From assembly GCA_963551305.1 (NCBI GenBank), contig CAUVGG010000001.1:1-46855 (forward strand): a stretch of DNA of 46,855 bases, in the 5' to 3' direction. This DNA is from an uncultured Streptococcus sp. (GTDB lineage: Bacteria > Bacillota > Bacilli > Lactobacillales > Streptococcaceae). How positions within the stretch are numbered: the first letter of the stretch is position 1; the number at the start of each line of letters is the position of its first letter. The notes under the pieces were generated by a model, which was not told the DNA's origin, searched no databases, and saw only the letters and a program-made list of their open reading frames with translations. The position numbers were made by a program, and so were the translations under genes. Of this stretch, positions 26,346 through 39,001 are shown in pieces.

Positions 26346-27713
26346 CTATTTCGCCCCATCTCTCATAAATACAACTTTAACTGTCTTCAATAAAATTTCA
26401 ATATCTTTCCAGATTGTCCAGCCATCAATATACTCTACGTCAAGTTTGACCACATCATCGAAATTCGTTATTTCACTTCGTCCACTAACTTGCCAGAGAC
26501 CTGTGATTCCTGGTCGAAAGCTAAGACGACGTTTCTGCTCAGGTGTATATTGTTCATACTCATCCACTGTTGGAGGTCTTGTTCCTACCAAACTCATATC
26601 TCCCTTGAGAACATTATAGAACTGAGGAAGTTCGTCTAGGCTCGTTTTACGAATAAAACGTCCTACCTTCGTGATACGAGGATCATTATCTACCTTAAAC
26701 ATACCGCCATCCATAGTGTTCTGTTCGAGGAGTGCTTGTTTCTTCTCTTCAGCATCTACACACATTGATCGAAACTTGTAGAAAGTGAAGCGACGCCCAT
26801 TTTTACCGATACGAGTCTGAGCAAAAATTGCAGGCCCTCCATCTTTTCGAATTAAGGGAATCAAAATGATGCCAATAATCCCACAAATTAGTAGGCCAAA
26901 AATAGAACCAATAATATCAATAATACGTTTTGCAATCACATGGCTTATCTTATAAAATTTAGTTGAGAAAATAACAACACTTAGTCCTGCCATTTCACGA
27001 ATTTGCTTGTCAAGAGCAAGACTGCTATCAAAAGCATTCAGATTGACCATCACATCAATTCCCATTGTCTCAAATTGTGATACAAATTCTCTGATATTGT
27101 ATTGCTCCGTCGGGAGATTTATGAATACCTCGTCAACTACTTCATGAGTTGCAAAAGAAACTATTTCATCCTCTGGAATTACTGTGACATTTTCGTGTTT
27201 GAAATCCGGTTTGTCTAAAACACTAACAGCTACTAGTTTACCAAATACATCATTTGACTCGTTCAACTTATCAATCACTTTATCAATTCGAGAAGCCGCT
27301 GTAATTAGAAGAATTTTTCGGCTCCCCTTAAAATTGAGATAAAGCTGTTTTAAATATTTCTTAATCAGGAAATTTAGGAAGTAAATCAGCAAAGTATGTA
27401 AAGTCAGGAAATAAATCATGCCCCTTCTTGATATGCTAAAGCGTTCTTCCAAGAAAAAGTTTGAAATACTGATCGCTAGTGCAAAGAAAATAGTATATTT
27501 TAACGTCTGGACAAGTTCAATTAGATAACCTCTTTTAAAAAAATCTCGTCCATAATCACTAATATAAAACACGAAGTAATGAAGGAGATAAAGTATAATT
27601 ACTGTTATTGAAGCAATCTCCGTTTCTCTTACAAAACTAAGTAAGTAAGCCAATAAAATGACAAGAATACTCTGAACCACCGCCAGAGACAATTTGAATC
27701 CTTTTCCTTTCAT
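26346..27713 (-). CDS. wchA: Initiating undecaprenyl-phosphate glucose-1-phosphate transferase (CpsE)
   Basis: KFRSM, DPRITKVG, SLDELPQ, GDMSLVGTRP, PGITGLWQV. Confidence 0.93.
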   Translation of the reverse strand: MKGKGFKLSLAVVQSILVILLAYLLSFVRETEIASITVIILYLLHYFVFYISDYGRDFFKRGYLIELVQTLKYTIFFALAISISNFFLEERFSISRRGMIYFLTLHTLLIYFLNFLIKKYLKQLYLNFKGSRKILLITAASRIDKVIDKLNESNDVFGKLVAVSVLDKPDFKHENVTVIPEDEIVSFATHEVVDEVFINLPTEQYNIREFVSQFETMGIDVMVNLNAFDSSLALDKQIREMAGLSVVIFSTKFYKISHVIAKRIIDIIGSIFGLLICGIIGIILIPLIRKDGGPAIFAQTRIGKNGRRFTFYKFRSMCVDAEEKKQALLEQNTMDGGMFKVDNDPRITKVGRFIRKTSLDELPQFYNVLKGDMSLVGTRPPTVDEYEQYTPEQKRRLSFRPGITGLWQVSGRSEITNFDDVVKLDVEYIDGWTIWKDIEILLKTVKVVFMRDGAK

Positions 27714-27742
27714 CGTAATCTCCCTAACTTATTTCATATTTC

Positions 27743-28426
27743 TTATTTTTTGCCGTAGTTACCGTAGGCCCCATAAGAACCATATTTTTCAACAGAGGTA
27801 TTCAATTTATTGAGCACAATTCCTAAGAATGGTTTGCTTGTTTGTTCGAGCTGCCCTTTTGCCTTTTGAACATCACGTCGATTTGTTTCACCTACTGCAG
27901 TTACCAAAATAGAAGCGTCACATTTTTGAGTGATGATAGCTGCATCGATGACAACTCCAATTGGTGCTGTATCCACGATGATGTAATCAAAGTACTTACG
28001 CAAGGTATCAAGCATGGTTGCAAAATTTTCACTTTGCAGCAAAGCTGTTGGGTTTGGTGATACAGAACCCGCTTGAATAACAAACAAGTTTTCAACATTG
28101 GTATCACATAGCCCTTGTGATAGATCTGTCGTTCCAGATAAGAACTCTGTTAGTCCTGTAATCTTCTCGCGTGATTTAAAAACCCCTGACATGACAGAAT
28201 TACGAATATCGGCATCAATTAAAAGCGTCTTATAGCCTGCACGCGCAAAGGCCCAAGCAATATTTGTAGAAGTGGTTGACTTTCCTTCACCCGGTTTCAC
28301 AGACGTGATCGAAATAACTTTCAAGTTATTCCCACTCAACTGTATATTGGTGCGGAGTGCATTGTAATACTCTTCAGCTTTTCTTGCCAAATCTAATTTT
28401 TTTTGTACAATCTCTAATGTTGGCAT
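27743..28426 (-). CDS. wze: BY-kinase CpsD
   Basis: Walker A GEGKST; C-terminal tyrosine cluster YGSYGAYGNYG. Confidence 0.95.
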   Translation of the reverse strand: MPTLEIVQKKLDLARKAEEYYNALRTNIQLSGNNLKVISITSVKPGEGKSTTSTNIAWAFARAGYKTLLIDADIRNSVMSGVFKSREKITGLTEFLSGTTDLSQGLCDTNVENLFVIQAGSVSPNPTALLQSENFATMLDTLRKYFDYIIVDTAPIGVVIDAAIITQKCDASILVTAVGETNRRDVQKAKGQLEQTSKPFLGIVLNKLNTSVEKYGSYGAYGNYGKK

Positions 28427-28435
28427 CTCTCTCTC

Positions 28436-29128
28436 CTATTTTAATTTATCCAAATTTGGAACAACTCCTAATAATGCAATTTGCATAACATCCTCAACGT
28501 CTTCTGGTCGTTTAACGCGTGTGTCTAGGAGTTCAATAAGGAGAACTGTGACAATCATCACAACCGCTCCAGCGAGCAATCCAATCATGGTATTACGACG
28601 AATGTTTGGTGAAGATGGTGAGGTTGCTGGACGAGCCTCTTCGAGTGTTGTCACATCCGAAACCCGTGTAACACTGATAATCTTTTGAGCTGCGACCTCT
28701 CTCAATGAGTTAGCAATACGACTTGCTTCTTCAGGCGCACGATCTGTAACAGAGATAGATACGATACGTGTATCAGCCGGTACGGTTACCTTAATTTTAC
28801 TAGCCAAACCTTTTGGAGGAAGCTCCAGTTGCAAATCCGTTGCGACCTTCTCCAAAACGTCTTGCGAGAGAATAATTTCGCGATAGTCTTTAACCAAGTA
28901 AGATCCTGCTTGCAAGTCTTGGTTTGTCAATCCCGACTTATCTCCCTGATTACGATTAACTACATAGATACGTGTCGTACTGGTATATTCAGGTTTTACG
29001 ATAAAGCTACTGTAGGCAAAGGCTACTACCCCAGTTACGATTGCTACCAGTGCAATTAGAAATTTCCGTTTCCAAAGAATTTTAAGCAATTGAAATACAT
29101 CAATTTCCATCATATTTTGTTCTTTCAT
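28436..29128 (-). CDS. wzd: Chain-length regulator CpsC
   Basis: Two TM helices, [21 protein letters not shown]. Confidence 0.95.
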   Translation of the reverse strand: MKEQNMMEIDVFQLLKILWKRKFLIALVAIVTGVVAFAYSSFIVKPEYTSTTRIYVVNRNQGDKSGLTNQDLQAGSYLVKDYREIILSQDVLEKVATDLQLELPPKGLASKIKVTVPADTRIVSISVTDRAPEEASRIANSLREVAAQKIISVTRVSDVTTLEEARPATSPSSPNIRRNTMIGLLAGAVVMIVTVLLIELLDTRVKRPEDVEDVMQIALLGVVPNLDKLK

Positions 29129-29136
29129 TGTTTCTC

Positions 29137-29868
29137 CTAAATCAATTGATCCATTATTATTTTTCGTGGGTTATCTTTGAAAAGTTCCTTCGCCTTATCT
29201 TCGCCATACTTTTTAGCAATGATATCATAGGCTTCTTCCATATGAGGTGGTCTACGATCCAAATTATGCATATCGCTAGCAATGACATGAACTAGATCAC
29301 GTTCCAAGAAATACTGAGCTCTCTTTTTCATGAATTTGTAGGTTTCTCCAAAGAGTTTTGGTTTCAAGACATGAGAACTATTAACCTGGGTATAGCATCC
29401 CATATCAATCAGTTCCCGAACTCGCTTTTCATTATTTTCTAGAGCATCATAACGCTCAATATGGGCAATAACTGGTGTGATCCCTAACATGAGAATATCA
29501 CTCAGTCCTTTATGTATATCTCGATAGGGTGTATTCATACTAAACTCAATCAAAGCATAGTGACTATCATTGAGGGTTGGAATCAATTTCTTTTCCAATT
29601 TTTCGACAACATCTGGCGTATAGTATATTTCTGCGCCATAGGCGATGACAAGATCATCTGCCACCTCCTTGGCCATTTCGCGAACTTTCAAAAAGTTAGT
29701 TGCTATTTTCTCTTCTGGTGTCTCAAACATCCCTTTCCGACGATGAGACGTAGAAACAATGGTCCTAACCCCTTGACTATAGGCTTCTCTTAAAAGGCTT
29801 TTACTCTCCTCTATCGACTTTGGACCATCATCCACATCAAAAACGATGTGTGAATGGATGTCTATCAT
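29137..29868 (-). CDS. wzh: PHP-family tyrosine phosphatase CpsB
   Basis: [19 protein letters not shown]. Confidence 0.95.
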   Translation of the reverse strand: MIDIHSHIVFDVDDGPKSIEESKSLLREAYSQGVRTIVSTSHRRKGMFETPEEKIATNFLKVREMAKEVADDLVIAYGAEIYYTPDVVEKLEKKLIPTLNDSHYALIEFSMNTPYRDIHKGLSDILMLGITPVIAHIERYDALENNEKRVRELIDMGCYTQVNSSHVLKPKLFGETYKFMKKRAQYFLERDLVHVIASDMHNLDRRPPHMEEAYDIIAKKYGEDKAKELFKDNPRKIIMDQLI

Positions 29869-29869
29869 G

Positions 29870-31315
29870 CTACTTCCCCTCCATCACATCTTTGATAGCT
29901 GCCTTGGCTGCAGCCAAGCTACTTTCATCAATTTCCATCATATAGAGGTTGCTATCTGGCATAGCGTAGGATGGAAGATCCGTTCTACCAGTTCCTTTTA
30001 AGTCTTGGGAATTAACCTTATACTGACCACCATTATCCAACTGTGTATTAATCAAGTCCATCATGGTTTCCAAAGGCATATTGGTTTGAAGAGAATCTTG
30101 CAATCCTTGAATAATGTTGTCATAATTCTTTAAAGCCTCTGTCGAGGTTAGCTTCTGAATGATGGCAACAATGACTTTTTGCTGGTTCCGACCGCGGTCG
30201 CGGTCTCCATCCGCTAGAGAGTAGCGTTCGCGGACAAAACCAAGGGCTCTTTCAGAGTCTAGATGGACATTCCCGACAGGAAAATGGTACTGCCCATGCA
30301 AAGAAGTGAAATCTTGGTCATTATAAACATCCACACCACCTAGAAGGTCAATCAATTTCAAGAAAGAGGTGAAATTCAAACGAACATAGTAGTTAATATC
30401 AACTCCATATAGGTTTTCCAAGGTATGAATTGATGAGTCCACTCCATAAATCCCCGCGTGAGTCAATTTATCCTTTTGATTATTTCCTCCGTCCGCAATC
30501 GGAACATAAGAATCTCGAGGTGTTGTGGTGAGAAGGATTTTCTTAGTATCTCGATTTACAGTCATCAAGATGTTGACGTCTGAACGCGAAACTGAACTGA
30601 TAGGTCCGTAGGTATCAATACCACTGATATAAATATTAAAGGATTGATTCTTAGATACCTTTGGTGCCGCAACATCCTTGGTTAGTTTTTTCGTATAGAT
30701 TTTCTTAATCTTCGAAGCATAATCTGGATACTCCGCTTCAATGATGTTTTCAAAGACACTGTTCAAGACAATCGCTTTCGCATCACCTGAAATCAAGCTC
30801 TTATAGGCTGCTAAGTAAGATGCACTTTGTTCAACCGCCAAGTCTTTGCTCTGAGTCGTCTTAATATCCGCTATCAATTTTTGGATATTGTCATTATCTG
30901 TTTCAGTCGGACCTGTTACACTCTCTAACTGGGTAACGTTGTTGATTTCACTATCTTTTAAAACCACAACACTCATCGAATACTCTGAGTAGTTTGATGT
31001 CGCATTGATGTGATTAGTCAAGCCCACAAATTGGTGCAAAGCAAATAGCGAAACCGAACTAGTCAACACCGCAAGTACCAAAAAGAAAATCGTGAACTTT
31101 TCGGCTTTCTTATATACTATCAAAAGTAGAGCTACGATAGCAGATAGTAAAACTAGAACTGTAGCTAAGATATTGAGATGCCTAAAGGCTAGGATATTAT
31201 GTCTAAAAATTAAGAACAACAAAGAGCCACTCAATAATAAATAAATGGCTAATAAAGCTATATTAATACTTCGTTTCACATTTCCTGAACGATTTTTCTT
31301 TGAACGTCTACTCAT
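29870..31315 (-). CDS. wzg: LytR-CpsA-Psr family protein CpsA
   Basis: Three N-terminal TM helices; SRSDVNI, PRDSYV, RERY, RGRNQQ. Confidence 0.95.
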   Translation of the reverse strand: MSRRSKKNRSGNVKRSINIALLAIYLLLSGSLLFLIFRHNILAFRHLNILATVLVLLSAIVALLLIVYKKAEKFTIFFLVLAVLTSSVSLFALHQFVGLTNHINATSNYSEYSMSVVVLKDSEINNVTQLESVTGPTETDNDNIQKLIADIKTTQSKDLAVEQSASYLAAYKSLISGDAKAIVLNSVFENIIEAEYPDYASKIKKIYTKKLTKDVAAPKVSKNQSFNIYISGIDTYGPISSVSRSDVNILMTVNRDTKKILLTTTPRDSYVPIADGGNNQKDKLTHAGIYGVDSSIHTLENLYGVDINYYVRLNFTSFLKLIDLLGGVDVYNDQDFTSLHGQYHFPVGNVHLDSERALGFVRERYSLADGDRDRGRNQQKVIVAIIQKLTSTEALKNYDNIIQGLQDSLQTNMPLETMMDLINTQLDNGGQYKVNSQDLKGTGRTDLPSYAMPDSNLYMMEIDESSLAAAKAAIKDVMEGK

Positions 31316-31348
31316 GGTAATCCCCTATACACGTTAATAATTATAATT

Positions 31349-31359
31349 ATTATATCACA
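31349..31359 (-). promoter_or_regulatory. cps promoter (extended -10)
   Basis: TGTGATATAAT about 33 nt upstream of wzg; weak -35 (TGGAAT). Confidence 0.6.
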
Positions 31360-31461
31360 ATCATGAAAGAAATTCCATCCATTCCTGCTATTATCAGCGT
31401 TTTCATTCATTTTTTCTTATCTATATTTTGAATTTATGACTTCCATTAACAGAATCCTTGA

Positions 31462-31494
31462 TAAAACAAAAACAAGGCCCCTTATTATGGGGCC
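31462..31494 (-). terminator. Probable terminator of aliD
   Basis: GGCCCC/GGGGCC stem followed by a U-rich tail on the minus strand. Confidence 0.55.
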
Positions 31495-31506
31495 CCATTT
31501 CTGTTT

Positions 31507-33471
31507 TTATTTGATATGATTTTCAAACTCTTTTTGGCTCTTTTCAATAGCCTTTTTACTTTCTGCTTCCCACTTAGCCTTGGCTTCGTCGAATTGTTTC
31601 TTGGTAACAGGGTCCTTTTGCAATCTCATGTACTTATAATTATTTCCGTCACCCTTGATACCCACTAGGGAGTAGGCACGTGTAAACGGAGTTACTTTAG
31701 TTACAGAGGCTGTCCCACCATTTGACATAGCAGACATGATTAGAGAATTGTCAATCATCCAAGCTTGAGCTTCAGCGTATTTTTCATAACGCTTAGCGAC
31801 ATCTTTGTTCTCGGCATCTGCTTCTTTTAGGAGTTGTGTATAGGTATCGAGCCCCAGACTCTTGATGAGCTCTTGGTCTTCCTTGGCATCAAGGCCAAAA
31901 ATCTTGAGATAGAAGCCGGTTTCAGCATTGAAGGGATCTAGATAAGTTGATGGATCCTGGTAGTCACCAACCCAACCATCAAAGTTTAAGTCGTAGTCAC
32001 GAGCTGCTGGATTTGGCGCTAGGAAGGCAACATTTCCAAAGTCATCTGTAGAAAGCTGTTGAACATCAATGACGATATTGTCAGAACCTAGTACTGTTTC
32101 AAGGGTTTGTTTAACCGAGTTCATACCAGAAACCGCATTTTTATTTGTCTGATCAACAGGGACATCCAAATGGATTGGGAAAGTCACGCCTTGGGCTTCC
32201 AATTCCTTTTTAGCTTCCGCAAATTTTGCTTGGGCCTTTTCCTTGTTAAAGTAAGCATCTTGAGCGTCTGCCAAATTGATACCTGACCACTCAGTTCCGT
32301 AGTTTACAAGCTTAGAAGCTGTTACTTCTCCAAAGGTCTTATCTCCCACCTGAACAAATGTTGGGGGAACCAGAGTATTACGAAGGGTTTTGCTCGCTGC
32401 TTCTTCACCGTTAGATTGAGCAGAGTAGGCTGTTCGATCAATACCAAAATTGATAGCCTGACGGAAATTTTTATTTAAGATAGCTGTTTGAGCTGATTTC
32501 TTTTGTTCGTCCGTTGTTTTAGCGGTATGATTATAGGTTTTGCGGTTGACGTTAAAGTTAAAGTACCAAGATGTCTTGTCTTGTAAGCTATAGACAATAT
32601 TGTCTTGGTATTTTTCTTTTGTCTTGGCATAGTTCGAACTATTTGGATAGACTCCTGCAATCGAGTAAGCACCATTTTCAAAGTTTCGAATGGTCATCTC
32701 CTGATCTGACCCATCAAAGTAGGCTAACTTAACTTTTTCAATAGTTACTTTATCATGGTCATAATAGTGTGGATTCTTCACATACTCGATTGAAGATTTT
32801 GATGTGAAATCTTTTAACAGATACGGGCCATTATAAAGGATACTGTCTGGTGTCAAGGTACCAAAGTCTTTATCCTTTGATTTCAAGAACTCTTCGTTGA
32901 CTGGAAAAAGAATACTATTGGTTGTCTTTGAATTCCAGTACGGTTCTGGTCGAGTTAAAGTGTACTCGACTGTGTAATCATCCAAGGCTTTGACACCAAC
33001 AGTTGAAAAGTCATTGGTCACACCCGTCACATAGTCATTCAATCCCTTGATTGAATTTTGGATCAGATCCATGGCTTGTCCCTTGTTGTCCGCGGCATAT
33101 TTGATCCCAGTGACAAAATCCTGAGCTTTGACTGAAGCATATTCCTCACCATCAGCCGTATACCACTTGGCATCTTTTCTAAGCTTGTAGGTATAGGTCA
33201 AACCATCAGCTGAAACAGACCAATCCTCCGCAAGAGCAGGTATGAGGTTCCCATAGCTGTCATTTTCTAGCAAACCATCTACGAGATTGGTAATAACGGC
33301 AGTGTTATCCGCATAGTAATCTAGAAGATAGTTGAAAGTTGTCGGATTCGCACTAAATGTTGATGAATAAGTGCTAGTATCTGTGTTAGACTGCCCACAT
33401 GCCGAGAGCAAAATCCCTGTCGCTAAGACAAGACCTGTCCCGATTAGTCTTTTTTTCATTTTGATCATCAT
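31507..33471 (-). CDS. aliD: AliB-like ORF2 oligopeptide-binding lipoprotein
   Basis: Lipobox LSAC; SBP family 5; second Ali gene after dexB; the start may be the ATG at 33468 by RBS spacing. Confidence 0.8.
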   Translation of the reverse strand: MMIKMKKRLIGTGLVLATGILLSACGQSNTDTSTYSSTFSANPTTFNYLLDYYADNTAVITNLVDGLLENDSYGNLIPALAEDWSVSADGLTYTYKLRKDAKWYTADGEEYASVKAQDFVTGIKYAADNKGQAMDLIQNSIKGLNDYVTGVTNDFSTVGVKALDDYTVEYTLTRPEPYWNSKTTNSILFPVNEEFLKSKDKDFGTLTPDSILYNGPYLLKDFTSKSSIEYVKNPHYYDHDKVTIEKVKLAYFDGSDQEMTIRNFENGAYSIAGVYPNSSNYAKTKEKYQDNIVYSLQDKTSWYFNFNVNRKTYNHTAKTTDEQKKSAQTAILNKNFRQAINFGIDRTAYSAQSNGEEAASKTLRNTLVPPTFVQVGDKTFGEVTASKLVNYGTEWSGINLADAQDAYFNKEKAQAKFAEAKKELEAQGVTFPIHLDVPVDQTNKNAVSGMNSVKQTLETVLGSDNIVIDVQQLSTDDFGNVAFLAPNPAARDYDLNFDGWVGDYQDPSTYLDPFNAETGFYLKIFGLDAKEDQELIKSLGLDTYTQLLKEADAENKDVAKRYEKYAEAQAWMIDNSLIMSAMSNGGTASVTKVTPFTRAYSLVGIKGDGNNYKYMRLQKDPVTKKQFDEAKAKWEAESKKAIEKSQKEFENHIK

Positions 33472-33570
33472 TCACTCCTTTATGTCACTTTTTATAACAT
33501 AGCCGTATTTTATCAAATTTATTCAAAAATGTAAAGTTACTGCTTTTATGACAACTGGTGTCTCAAAACA

Positions 33571-33604
33571 AAAAAGGAAGCACAGTTTCCTGCAACTTCC
33601 TTTT
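33571..33604 (-). terminator. Probable terminator of aliC
   Basis: AAAAGGAAG...CTTCCTTTT inverted repeat just after the stop. Confidence 0.55.
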
Positions 33605-33615
33605 CTGTTTATAAA

Positions 33616-35583
33616 TTACTTGACGTGTTTTTCAAGTTCTTTTTGGTATTTGGCATTTGTTTCGATTTTTTCTTGTTGCCATTTCTTGAAGGCTTCTTCG
33701 TATTCTTTTGCAGTCACGACGTCATTTTGCAACTCCAAACCTTTGAACACAAATGGGTCTCCCTTGATCCCGACTTGAGAGTAGGCTTTTGTAAACGGTA
33801 CAGTACGGCTAACCGTTGGAGAACCACCTGAAGAAGCAACTGGGATTAAGAGTGAGCTATCTGATACCCAAGCTTGAGCTTTGGCGTATTTCTCATAACG
33901 CTTATTAAGGTCGCTGGTTTCAGCTGCAGCATCATCCAAGAGTTTCTTGTATTCGTCCAGTCCAACTTGAGCCATCACTTCTGAATCTTTTCCGCGAGTG
34001 ATTCCCAAGTGTTTAAGGGCAGAACCCTTCTTAGCATCAAGGATGTTGAGGTAGGTAGCTGGGTCTTGATAGTCTGGTCCCCAACCAGTTCCGTTCAAAT
34101 CATAGTCTTTTTGAGATGGCACCTTGGCTTGAGACGTAATGCTCATCTTTTCATTATCGGTCATTTGAAGGACATCGACAATGACATTCTCTGTACCAAG
34201 CGATGATTCGATAGACTGCTTGAGTGAGTTGGTTTGTTGAACGGCGATTACATCTGTTTGTTCAACTGGGATATCCAAATGGATTGGGAAAGTAACACCC
34301 TTGGCTTGCAATTCTGTCTTAGCTTTATCAAAGGCTGCCTTAGCCTTTTCAGGACTGTAAATCGTATCTTTGCCATCTGTAAGAGCTACATCTTTCCACT
34401 GGTCTCCATATGAAACGAGCTCTGCCTGAGCCAACTCTCCAAAAGTTTTTTCACCTACTTGAACGTAGTCATGAGGTACTAGACTGTTACGGATAATTTT
34501 GTCCGCACCTTCTTCACCATTCAACTGAGCAGTGTAAGAATGGCGGTCAAGGGCAAAGTTCAGCGCCTGACGGAAGTTCTTATTAAGAAGAGCTTCTTTT
34601 GTTGATGTTTTTTGAGCTTCGTCTGTTTTAGCTGTTTTATTGTAAGACTGGCGATTTACGTTAACAGTGAGGTAGTAGCTTGTTGCTTCTTGTGGACTGT
34701 AGACAATCTTATCGCCGTATTCTTTTTTAGTTGACTCAAAATTTGAGCTTGTTGGGAAGAGACGAGCTGTTGTATAAGCACCCTGCGTAAAACTACGAAT
34801 CAAAGATTCTTGGTCTGATCCATCGTAGAAAGTTAGTTTAATGTTGTCAATCTTAACATTGTCCTTATCCCAGTAGTTCGGATTCTTTTCATATTCGATG
34901 ACTGATTTTGAAGTCAATGATTTCAAGAAATAAGGACCGTTATAAAGAATACTTGATGGTGTTGGCGCACCGTAGTCGCTCCCTTTAGAATTCAGAAACT
35001 CTTCATTTACTGGAAGCATGGTCGCAGTTGTGACTTTAGAGTTCCAGAAACTTTCTGGCTTGTTGAGCGTATATTCTACCGTGTAATCGTCAACAGCTTT
35101 CACTCCTACAGTAGAAAAGTCATTGCTTTCTCCACTGATGTAGGCAGCCAAACCTTTGATAGAATCTTGAATCAAAGTAAGACCATCTGATTTTCCATCA
35201 GCTGCGTGTTTTAGACCAGTAACAAAGTCCTGAGCCTTGACTTCAGCATACTCTTCTCCCTCAGAAGTATACCATTTTACACCCTTACGAAGTTTGTAGG
35301 TATAGGTCAAGCCATCTTTAGAAACGGACCAGTCTTCTGCAAGCGATGGAATTAAATTTCCATACTTATCATTTTCCAAAAGGCCATCGACAACGTTCGC
35401 TATAACATCAGAAGTTGAACTCTTGCTCGTCACACTATAATCCAAAGAAGATGGATCCATAGCGTAGACATAAGAGAATGTCTTGGGCGCATCAGCCTTC
35501 TTTTCACTTTTCCCACAAGCAGTAAAAAGAAGGGCCGCACTCAAAATAGCACCTGCTCCTAAGAGCCACTTTTTCGATTTCAT
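33616..35583 (-). CDS. aliC: AliB-like ORF1 oligopeptide-binding lipoprotein (655 aa)
   Basis: Start moved to ATG 35583 (MKSKKW) with AAGGAG RBS; lipobox FTAC; SBP family 5; first gene after dexB. Confidence 0.8.
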   Translation of the reverse strand: MKSKKWLLGAGAILSAALLFTACGKSEKKADAPKTFSYVYAMDPSSLDYSVTSKSSTSDVIANVVDGLLENDKYGNLIPSLAEDWSVSKDGLTYTYKLRKGVKWYTSEGEEYAEVKAQDFVTGLKHAADGKSDGLTLIQDSIKGLAAYISGESNDFSTVGVKAVDDYTVEYTLNKPESFWNSKVTTATMLPVNEEFLNSKGSDYGAPTPSSILYNGPYFLKSLTSKSVIEYEKNPNYWDKDNVKIDNIKLTFYDGSDQESLIRSFTQGAYTTARLFPTSSNFESTKKEYGDKIVYSPQEATSYYLTVNVNRQSYNKTAKTDEAQKTSTKEALLNKNFRQALNFALDRHSYTAQLNGEEGADKIIRNSLVPHDYVQVGEKTFGELAQAELVSYGDQWKDVALTDGKDTIYSPEKAKAAFDKAKTELQAKGVTFPIHLDIPVEQTDVIAVQQTNSLKQSIESSLGTENVIVDVLQMTDNEKMSITSQAKVPSQKDYDLNGTGWGPDYQDPATYLNILDAKKGSALKHLGITRGKDSEVMAQVGLDEYKKLLDDAAAETSDLNKRYEKYAKAQAWVSDSSLLIPVASSGGSPTVSRTVPFTKAYSQVGIKGDPFVFKGLELQNDVVTAKEYEEAFKKWQQEKIETNAKYQKELEKHVK

Positions 35584-35614
35584 AAGTAATCTCCTTAAAG
35601 ATAGTGTTTTCACC

Positions 35615-35670
35615 ATTATACCCTATTTTTTTATAAAAGCAAGGACTTTCGCCAGATTTTTTAGAAAATT
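35615..35670 (-). promoter_or_regulatory. aliC promoter and CodY-like box
   Basis: TTGCTT-16-TATAAT (35642-35615); ATTTTTTAGAAAATT (35656-35670) is 2 mismatches from the CodY consensus. Confidence 0.55.
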
Positions 35671-35712
35671 CTAACAAATATATTTTAAAGGGTTTTCTAT
35701 ATAATTTTTAGT

Positions 35713-35743
35713 AAAAAACCTCAAGCTTTTGAAGCTTGAAGTT
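35713..35743 (-). terminator. Intrinsic terminator of dexB
   Basis: Stem AACCTCAAGCTT/AAGCTTGAAGTT with a U tail on the minus strand. Confidence 0.7.
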
Positions 35744-35751
35744 CTCTCATT

Positions 35752-37371
<1,620 letters not shown>

Positions 37372-37397
37372 TCATTATTTTAATAATCTATAGTCTA

Positions 37398-37434
37398 TGA
37401 TAGCGCTTTTTAAAACTTAGTGCAAGCGTTTGCC
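37398..37434. promoter_or_regulatory. LacI-family operators upstream of dexB (MalR-like and cre-like)
   Basis: GGCAAACGCTTGCA on the minus strand (37421-37434) resembles the MalR box; TGATAGCGCTTTTT (37398-37411) is cre-like. Confidence 0.55.
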
Positions 37435-37514
37435 TAATCTTTTTGATTTCTTTTTTAACTCCGTAGTTTCCTATCTTCCAATTTTTTATTATAATAGAGG
37501 TCAGAGGTAAAAAA

Positions 37515-38999
37515 ATGAAAAAACAAGCTTTTAGTTCTGAACAATATCTGAATCTACAGCGCGACCACATTTTGGAGCGCATTAACCAATTTGATGGCAA
37601 GCTCTATTTGGAGTTTGGTGGCAAAATGTTAGAAGATTTCCACGCTGCTCGTGTACTTCCTGGTTATGAGCCTGACAATAAAATTAAGCTCTTGCAAGAA
37701 TTGAAAGAGCAGGTTGAGGTTGTGATTGCTATTAATGCTAGCAACATCGAACATTCCAAAGCACGTGGCGACCTAGGCATTTCTTATGACCAAGAAGTTC
37801 TTCGTTTAATTGATAAATTCAATGAGCTGGGAATTTTTGTTGGTTCGGTTGTCATCACACAATACGCTGGACAACCCGCTGCAGATGCCTTCCGCAACCA
37901 GTTAGATAAAAACGGGATTGATTCTTATCTTCATTATCCAATCAAAGGATACCCAACTGATATGGACCACATCATTTCTCCAGAAGGCATGGGAAAAAAC
38001 GACTACATCAAAACCAGTCGCAACTTGATTGTCGTAACCGCTCCTGGACCTGGATCAGGAAAATTGGCAACTTGTATGTCAAACATGTACCACGATCAAA
38101 TCAATGGCATCAAGTCTGGTTACGCTAAATTTGAAACCTTCCCAGTTTGGAATCTTCCCCTTCATCACCCAGTCAACTTGGCCTACGAGGCTGCAACCGC
38201 AGACCTTGATGATGTCAACATGATTGACCCCTTCCATCTCCAAACCTACGGAGAAACCACTGTCAACTACAACCGTGATATCGAAATCTTCCCAGTGCTC
38301 AAGCGCATGTTAGAGCGCATCCTCGGCGAATCTCCATACGCTTCTCCAACAGACATGGGTGTCAATATGGTTGGCTTCGCTATTACAGATAATGAGGCTG
38401 CTATCGAAGCTTCTAAACAAGAAATCATTCGTCGTTACTATCAAACAGTCCTTGATTTCAAAGCTGAAAAAGTTGACGAATCTGCTGTCAAGAAAATTGA
38501 ACTGCTCATGAACGACCTCGGTATCACTCCTGCAGACCGTAAGGTTGCTGTTGCTGCACGCCAAAAAGCAGAAGAAACTGGTGGTCCTGCCCTAGCCCTT
38601 GAATTGCCAAGCGGGGAAATCGTGACTGGTAAAAACTCTGAACTCTTTGGTCCTACAGCTGCCGCCTTGATAAACGCCATCAAGAAATCTGCTGATATTG
38701 CTAAGGAAGTGAAACTAATCGAACCTGAAGTCGTCAAACCAATTCAAGGTCTTAAAATCGATCATCTAGGTAGCCGCAATCCTCGCCTCCACTCAAATGA
38801 AATTTTGATTGCGCTAGCCATCACAGCTATGGAAAATCCAGATGCTGCGCGTGCCATGGAAGAACTTGGTAACCTCAAAGGAAGCGAAGCCCACTCAACC
38901 ATCATCTTGACCGATGAAGACAAGAACGTCCTTCGCAAACTAGGTATCAACGTAACCTTTGACCCATTCTACCAATACGATCGCTTGTATCGCAAATAA
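37515..38999 (+). CDS. DUF1846/UPF0371 family protein
   Basis: LYLEFGGK and P-loop-like APGPGSGK; conserved position divergent from dexB; TATAAT at 37490-37495 and GAGGT RBS. Confidence 0.88.
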   Translation: MKKQAFSSEQYLNLQRDHILERINQFDGKLYLEFGGKMLEDFHAARVLPGYEPDNKIKLLQELKEQVEVVIAINASNIEHSKARGDLGISYDQEVLRLIDKFNELGIFVGSVVITQYAGQPAADAFRNQLDKNGIDSYLHYPIKGYPTDMDHIISPEGMGKNDYIKTSRNLIVVTAPGPGSGKLATCMSNMYHDQINGIKSGYAKFETFPVWNLPLHHPVNLAYEAATADLDDVNMIDPFHLQTYGETTVNYNRDIEIFPVLKRMLERILGESPYASPTDMGVNMVGFAITDNEAAIEASKQEIIRRYYQTVLDFKAEKVDESAVKKIELLMNDLGITPADRKVAVAARQKAEETGGPALALELPSGEIVTGKNSELFGPTAAALINAIKKSADIAKEVKLIEPEVVKPIQGLKIDHLGSRNPRLHSNEILIALAITAMENPDAARAMEELGNLKGSEAHSTIILTDEDKNVLRKLGINVTFDPFYQYDRLYRK

Positions 39000-39001
39000 A
39001 T

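Noticed and set aside
28397..28404. A8 tract near the 5' end of wze (and A7-A8 tracts in wcjB, wchO and wzx) as phase-variation switches
   Set aside because: All frames are intact and such runs are expected in AT-rich genes; would need read-level indel evidence
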